Shown here piece after piece: positions 58,744 through 64,000 of a stretch of 64,000 nt of DNA. Numbering within the stretch: position 1 is the stretch's first letter; each line of letters starts with the position of its first letter. The notes beneath the pieces were generated by a model. The model searched no databases. It was given only the letters and a program-made list of their open reading frames with translations, and was not told the DNA's origin. The translations under genes were made by a program, and so were the position numbers. The stretch lies in contig OZ242358.1 in assembly GCA_965208835.1 (NCBI GenBank), positions 512,001-576,000 on the forward strand. Direction: 5' to 3'. This DNA comes from Candidatus Latescibacterota bacterium (GTDB lineage Bacteria > Latescibacterota > UBA2968 > GCA-2709665).

Positions 58744-60070
58744 TTTCCGCGCCCCCCTGTTTGAGATGCCGCTCGAACCGGATCCCTCCCAGAATCACCC
58801 CGATACCACAGACGATGAAGACGAATGACTTGAGAAGCAGATTGGTATCCCACTGAATAAAGTTCTGAAAGATGACCCATGCCAGAAGCAGCAGACCCGT
58901 CCAGAAGGATATCCTGCGATGGACCTTGACTGCCGTATAGAGCAGGCTGATCCCGATTGCGGCGACGGCCAGGTGAGCTGCGAGAGTAAATCCGACGGGC
59001 TGCATCGTCAACGTGCCACAAGCCAGCAGGACGCCGGCAAGAAGGACCGCTTTCGAGCGGTGTCTCAGGTCGCTCCTCTCAGGAGGCTTCCGAATCACCG
59101 ATATCCAGACCACAACGGCGGCCACACAAACCAGCCCGAACGGTACTGTCCACAAAAACCCGGTCGACTGCCACGGGCGTTCTATAAGTTCCGTCGCGAC
59201 TTCCCGAAACGACATCATGTAAGCCAGCAGCAGAGTCCCGGCCATTCCGACAGTTCTTGCAATGACCCCCATGAGCCGTGCCGGTTCGGTCCTTTCCAGC
59301 CGGAGACCCAGGCCGTAGAGCAGCGCGGCGATTACCGAAACTGCCAGAACGGCCGGCCAGGCTTCGCCGCTGTCGATGGCCGCGCAAACCGGAATTGCCG
59401 CCCCTGCCGTCAGGATAATACCGGCGAACGCCGAATTGCTGTAACGCTTCAGAAACGGAAGACCCGCGGCCCCGATCACCAGAGGATACCAGCAGAATGA
59501 GTGCGGGTTCCCCTCGGCATGGCCGACGAACCAGACAAGGCTTGTGACGCACGTCAGTAACATGCAGGGCCCGCTCATCGTCGCATAGGCGATGACCCCC
59601 GTACCGAGCGCCCAGATCCCGAATGCCCCGTACGGGTCTCCATGCAGATTGAACATCTGCGCGATCAATACGACGTTTGCGCCAAAGACCAGCCCGCCCA
59701 GCACGACGAGGGCCTCCCCCAGTTTTTTTCGGGTCCCGGATATCTTCCAAAGGTAGAACCCCGCGACCTCGAATGCGAGCAGCGTACTGAACAGGAGCGC
59801 CATTCTCAGGGGCACGGGGATCTCTTCCCATCTTGACGCCACGAAGCTGATCGCGCCGCCGCCGATCAGACAGGCGCCGATCAGATAGAGGGCCTGGACG
59901 ACCAGGCCGCCGGATTTCTGCGTCTCTTCGTTCAGCCGATATCGGTTTGAAATCGCGGCAGACTGATCGGAATCGACAACGCCTTCGTTCACCCAATCGT
60001 CGAGTTCCCGTCGAAGGGTCGTCCTGAAGGCCGGGGACACGCGCTCGCTGCCCGAATCTCTATCACCCAT
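58736..60070 (-). CDS. DUF2157 family membrane protein
   Basis: EL..W..EG, FVASRWEEIP, FGANVVLIAQMFN and many TM helices. Confidence 0.85.
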   Translation of the reverse strand: MGDRDSGSERVSPAFRTTLRRELDDWVNEGVVDSDQSAAISNRYRLNEETQKSGGLVVQALYLIGACLIGGGAISFVASRWEEIPVPLRMALLFSTLLAFEVAGFYLWKISGTRKKLGEALVVLGGLVFGANVVLIAQMFNLHGDPYGAFGIWALGTGVIAYATMSGPCMLLTCVTSLVWFVGHAEGNPHSFCWYPLVIGAAGLPFLKRYSNSAFAGIILTAGAAIPVCAAIDSGEAWPAVLAVSVIAALLYGLGLRLERTEPARLMGVIARTVGMAGTLLLAYMMSFREVATELIERPWQSTGFLWTVPFGLVCVAAVVVWISVIRKPPERSDLRHRSKAVLLAGVLLACGTLTMQPVGFTLAAHLAVAAIGISLLYTAVKVHRRISFWTGLLLLAWVIFQNFIQWDTNLLLKSFVFIVCGIGVILGGIRFERHLKQGGAENG

Positions 60071-60309
60071 CGCTGCCCTTTCCTTTGCAATTGCCTTTTG
60101 TGATTTGGCGCTGGAAGACACGAAAAAGTGCGAGGGCATGAACATGAGCCCGTCGAAAGAACCCAAGCTTGCTCAGGTGACTCGGAACCACGAGTACCCA
60201 ACGAAAAATCCTGTCCAAAAACGGGTATGAGTCACTACGAAAGTCGCGAAAATACGCGAAACGCATGGCTGGCAAAATCGTCTACAGTCATTGGCGAAAC
60301 GAGTCGGTC

Positions 60310-60744
60310 CTGCCATTCCGAAGACTTTCATCCCGAGGAGGCCGACAGGCGTTCGATGTGTCCGCGCACAAGTCCATCTACAAACGGCATGTAGTACACG
60401 TATAATCGAGAATACGGGAGATTCTTCGCTGCGCTGTGGTCGACGTGCCTTGCGATGACTATTCGAGAAACGCTGTACCGACATCTTTGCGTATACGGTC
60501 ATCCTGAGGAAGCCAGCGCGCTCAGAATGACATGATTTTCGATCGTAGTGCACGTGGCTTCCAGCTGTCATCCAGAGGACTTGCCCTGAGCTTGTCGAAG
60601 GGTGCCCCCCCGGCCGACGAAGGATCTACTGCAGCATCGGATCATTCTCGTGCGATTTGCACCCGTCGATACCTGAGAGGCAGCACGTCCGCCTGCAGCG
60701 CGGGACGGAAGCGGCAAAAAGTCTTTCGACTCCGCTCAGAATGA
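60310..60744. repeat. Nest of degenerate REP-like palindromic repeats
   Basis: GTCATCCTGAG..CTCAGAATGAC (60498-60531), AGATTCTTCGCTGCGCT, CCCTGAGCTTGTCGAAGGG, GACGAAGGATCT, TTCGACTCCGCTCAGAATGA. Confidence 0.65.
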
Positions 60745-60969
60745 AATGCGTTACAACAAACCCGAACCGATGACAACCTGGTTTTCGTTATCCGGGTCAG
60801 GCCCGTGCAAAATCGCCAATTGAAGCCGCTCTTCGAACCTCATCTATGAGAATTTCACGGTTCTTGGACAGCAGTGCCCTGCGAAAAAACAAATCGGCGG
60901 TATTGAGTCAAACCGCCGAAACGCCGGGTGCATTTATTTTACTAATGATGGAAGGCTGAAACGACCGGC

Positions 60970-61215
60970 TCAGGCCGTAACCTTGACAATGTCATACAGG
61001 AATTCAGGCGCAAAATCCGCTTCATTATCCCACGTTAACGTATGGAAGTCAGGGTGGATTCGAAATCTCCTGAAATACTCCCTGTTCTTCAGCGGCGCAA
61101 AAACCGGGCCCCACAATTCATCCTTCAAATCTACTTCCCCTTCCACGCCATCGTTGAATCTGATCCAGATCGTATAATCGCCTGCATAACGGGCTTCAAG
61201 TACACGGGGTATCAT
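60970..61215 (-). CDS. DUF2442 family protein (putative antitoxin)
   Basis: IRFNDG...GPVFAPLK...TLTWDNEADFAPEFLY. Confidence 0.85.
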   Translation of the reverse strand: MIPRVLEARYAGDYTIWIRFNDGVEGEVDLKDELWGPVFAPLKNREYFRRFRIHPDFHTLTWDNEADFAPEFLYDIVKVTA

Positions 61216-61219
61216 TTTT

Positions 61220-61255
61220 TCACTCCAGTCCAGGAAACCGACTGATCTCCGGCAT
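61220..61255 (-). pseudogene. Internally deleted DUF4160 partner gene (11-aa minigene MPEISRFPGLE)
   Basis: MPEISRF is the typical DUF4160 N-terminus. The ORF ends in LE-stop 4 bp before the DUF2442 ATG. Confidence 0.7.
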
Positions 61256-61261
61256 AGTTAT

Positions 61262-61290
61262 ATTTTACAGAATGTTACAGAAAAATGCAA
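61262..61290 (-). promoter_or_regulatory. Sigma70 promoter giving a probable leaderless transcript, with a TTACAGAA direct repeat
   Basis: TTGCAT-N17-TAAAAT, then 6 nt, then ATG 61255. Confidence 0.6.
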
Positions 61291-61332
61291 CGGCATAATC
61301 GCTTCCGTTTGAGATAGGGGCGGCAGTGGCAT

Positions 61333-61749
61333 TCAATGATCCTTACCTTCGTAGATCCACATCGGCTCCGTTTTGCCTGCCCTGGTGAAACCACACTTTT
61401 CGTAGAAATCGATCGCCCTTCCATCGGCAATCAGCACGTGCTGGTGGAAGCCTTTGTATATAGCCTTCAATCTCTTCATTAATTCCGATCCAATTCCGAT
61501 GCCCTGATATTCGGGATCCACCAGCAGGTGCGGATAATAGACAACGAGATGCCCGTCCGAAATGGCATTGCCCAGCCCGACAAGACGGGCGCCATCCCAC
61601 GCCGTCAGCAGAGCGTGGGAGTTCGTCAACGCATCGCGAAGCTCGTTCGGCTTGTTCGCGGACGACCATTCGACGGCCGAGTAGAGCCTTAAAAGGTCAT
61701 CGAGCGGAATGTCCCGGGTTTCGCTGTAGGTTATCGAAGCATTGCGCAT
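61333..61749 (-). CDS. GNAT family N-acetyltransferase
   Basis: LLVDPEYQGIGIG, FYEKCGF. Confidence 0.9.
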   Translation of the reverse strand: MRNASITYSETRDIPLDDLLRLYSAVEWSSANKPNELRDALTNSHALLTAWDGARLVGLGNAISDGHLVVYYPHLLVDPEYQGIGIGSELMKRLKAIYKGFHQHVLIADGRAIDFYEKCGFTRAGKTEPMWIYEGKDH

Positions 61750-61778
61750 AACTTCGTTCCGCTTTCGCGGTCGACAGA

Positions 61779-62786
61779 TCAGGCTCCTGGATTCCAGCGC
61801 ATCATGTCGTCCATCTGGTCGACCCGGTCCCGTACGAATTCCGCGACGCCGTCGCGCAGGCCCGGGTTGTCGAGGCGGCCGGACATCCAGACGGCGATCT
61901 TCAGGCGGTCTGCGATCAGGAAGGAGGTCAGCATTCGCTCGTGGCCGGAATCGAGGGGTCGGACATCCCTGTATCCGTGAAGAAAGGCGGCTCGCAGCGC
62001 GGGGAAATCCTTCCGGCTGACCAGAGGGCCGAGGGTAGCACCCATATCGCCGAGGTAGTAGCCCCATCCGCAGTCGTCAAAGTCCAGCGCGCGCGCTTCG
62101 CCCTTCAGGAATACGTAGTTCATCTGGTGCAGATCGCCGTGTATCAGACCGAAGACGGACGGGGCCTCTCCCAACCGCTCCACTGCGCGGCGCGTGATTG
62201 ATTCTGCCCGATCAACGATGGCCTTTCTTGCGGGATCGAGTACCGCTTTCGCATGGGCGATCGTTCCTCCAATTACACCGCCGAGCAGCGCTTCAGCGTC
62301 CCAGCGGATTCGCGTGAATCCGGCGGGCGGCACAAACCTCTCAGAGTGGCGTTGCAGCCTGCCCATAAGGCGGCCGACCATTTCCAGATGTCGCCCGGTC
62401 AGGTCGTGCTGGCTGACAAAGCGTCCCTTCACCCACCGAAACAGCGCGCAGACTCTCGGTTTCGGGATCCCCGGCGCCGAGGCGACCGTCAGCAGATTTC
62501 CTTCCCGATCCGCGACCGGTGCGGGCACAACGAGGTCCGTCTCCCGGGCAATCGCATCCAGCCACATCAGCTCCGACCTGATGAGCGCCAGATCCCTGTG
62601 CCCCGGCCGGTTGACGCGCAGGACGTATCGGCAGCCCCCGGCCCGAACCAGGAACGTGGCGTTGTGCCGGTGTTGTATTGGCCGAAGCGTAAAATCACCC
62701 AGGTCGTAGGCCGCAAGCGCCTCGAGCGCGAGGCGACGAAGGCGGCGAAGCTGTCCTCGATACGTCAGTTCCTCGAATGGTTTCAG
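61779..62786 (-). CDS. APH/choline-kinase-like phosphotransferase (probable CTG start)
   Basis: IHGDLHQMN, LDFDDCG. The frame is open 73 codons upstream of the tracked ATG, up to a CTG with AGGAGG upstream. Confidence 0.85.
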   Translation of the reverse strand: MKPFEELTYRGQLRRLRRLALEALAAYDLGDFTLRPIQHRHNATFLVRAGGCRYVLRVNRPGHRDLALIRSELMWLDAIARETDLVVPAPVADREGNLLTVASAPGIPKPRVCALFRWVKGRFVSQHDLTGRHLEMVGRLMGRLQRHSERFVPPAGFTRIRWDAEALLGGVIGGTIAHAKAVLDPARKAIVDRAESITRRAVERLGEAPSVFGLIHGDLHQMNYVFLKGEARALDFDDCGWGYYLGDMGATLGPLVSRKDFPALRAAFLHGYRDVRPLDSGHERMLTSFLIADRLKIAVWMSGRLDNPGLRDGVAEFVRDRVDQMDDMMRWNPGA

Positions 62787-62874
62787 TTATTCGGATTCCC
62801 TCCTGCCTCGTAAGAAGACCTCCAGGCTGTCCGTGCTTACAGGTTGGACCCATCATCGCAATGTGCGCAATAAG

Positions 62875-63064
62875 CCTCAATGCGAAAAAAACAGCAACGC
62901 GGCAACGCGATAAAACCCTCCGAAACGGGGCAATATCGACGTATAGAATGACGTTTTTCCCTTCACGTCCGGTGACCTGGTGTATCCTGGTAATCCGCCG
63001 TTTAATCGCCTTTATTTACAAGCACAATTTTGAATTAACGTCCCCGAAGACTTACGAATCAAGG
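62875..63064 (-). mobile_element. ~190-bp MITE-like repeat, copy 3 (inverted)
   Basis: Minus strand reads CCTTGATTCGTAAG...GCGGATTACCAGGATACACCAGG...CGCATTGAGG, flanked by CTAA/CTTA. Confidence 0.75.
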
Positions 63065-63096
63065 TTAGCCCGGCAAATTTCAGCGTGGTTTACCAT

Positions 63097-64000
63097 TTAT
63101 TCGCATTTCAGCGAAGCGACCGGTTCTGCAGTAGCTGCCTTCAATGCGTGATAACCTACCGTTGCCGTGGCTAAGAGCAACACAGCGCAGCCGCCCCAAA
63201 AAAACGGCTCCACACCGAGATCGACGCGAAATGCAAATCGTTGAAGCCAATTCGACGCAAGATAATATGCAAGCGGCCAGGCAACCGCATTGGCAATGAC
63301 CACCCATTTTAAGGTTGCTTTGGCGAGCAGCACCACGATAGACACGACAGATGCTCCCAAGACCTTTCTGATGCCGATTTCTCTCGTCCGCTGCTCTGCA
63401 GTAAACGAGGCAAGGCCCAGCAGCCCCAGACAGGCGACAAAGATCGCGAGAAGCGCTCCGATTCCGAACATCTGTCCATGCCGGACCTCTTTTCGATATA
63501 GCGAATCGATCCGTTCATCGAGAAAGTGATAATTGAAAGGTCGATCCGGCACAAATCGCCTCCAGGTTGCCTTGAGAAAACTCATGGTTTCGATTAGCGC
63601 TTCCGTTCGAATCTTCAGTGACAGAAACCTTAATCTGGCAGCGGATACCGTTAAGACAACCGGCTCCATTCGGTGCCGCAAATCCAGATGAAAGTCTTCG
63701 ATCACGCCAATGACTCGTCCTTGCGACTGATGTCCCTTTCCCCTCAATGCTTCACCGATGGGATCCTCCCATCCCAACATTCCGGCTGTTGTTTCCGTCA
63801 GGATATAACTTATCTCAGAGTTTCCACGCCAGCTCAAGGCGTCTCTATCTGAAAACGACCTGCCAGATACAAGCTTTAAATCGAAAAATCGAATAAAGTC
63901 CAGATCTACATCAAACATCCGAACTTCAATCTCTCTGTCGTTATCTGTCGTCAGAGTCGGAGCATAACTTCCGCTTCGAAGTCCGCCGGGGATTCCACGC
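63097..64000 (-). CDS. ABC transporter permease (MacB/FtsX family), 5' end outside the window
   Basis: IFVACLGLLGL, RTREIGIRKVLGAS, C-terminal P...LK.E. Confidence 0.92.
   Translation of the reverse strand, partial: RGIPGGLRSGSYAPTLTTDNDREIEVRMFDVDLDFIRFFDLKLVSGRSFSDRDALSWRGNSEISYILTETTAGMLGWEDPIGEALRGKGHQSQGRVIGVIEDFHLDLRHRMEPVVLTVSAARLRFLSLKIRTEALIETMSFLKATWRRFVPDRPFNYHFLDERIDSLYRKEVRHGQMFGIGALLAIFVACLGLLGLASFTAEQRTREIGIRKVLGASVVSIVVLLAKATLKWVVIANAVAWPLAYYLASNWLQRFAFRVDLGVEPFFWGGCAVLLLATATVGYHALKAATAEPVASLKCE

Noticed and set aside
21883-63151. Recurrent peptide WCILVIRxLIAF...TSPKTYESRL in three ORFs
   Set aside because: It is the antisense translation of the 190-bp repeat. The substitutions include many non-synonymous changes and there is no common stop.

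Overview
GC-rich bacterial chromosomal window. The gene content (many heparinase II/III-like, GHL10-like and Gfo/Idh/MocA proteins) resembles Latescibacterota/Poribacteria-type genomes, but this is inference only. 1-12.4 kb is minus-strand housekeeping: sulfite/nitrite reductase, moaA, purA, serA with a class-V aminotransferase, engB, clpX, clpP and tig. It is followed by a radical SAM gene with the architecture of tetraether synthase (Tes/GDGT-MAS). About 14.8-38.8 kb is a catabolic cluster with four heparinase II/III-like lyases, three GHL10-like paralogs, amidases, an enolase-family enzyme and oxidoreductases. 41752-44511 is an intact IS1595-family element (24-bp TIRs, 8-bp target duplication CAATTTTA) carrying a C5 DNA methyltransferase and a putative restriction endonuclease in one operon with the transposase. 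The rest is mixed metabolism (AKR, DAO, YhdH/AcuI, nadE, PurO-like and others). Intergenic spaces hold two dispersed MITE-like families (4 x ~140 bp with heptamer arms; 3 x ~190 bp), heptamer arrays, REP-like hairpins and several gene remnants. No rRNA, tRNA or CRISPR array was seen. All calls come from motif recognition by eye; no database searches were run.
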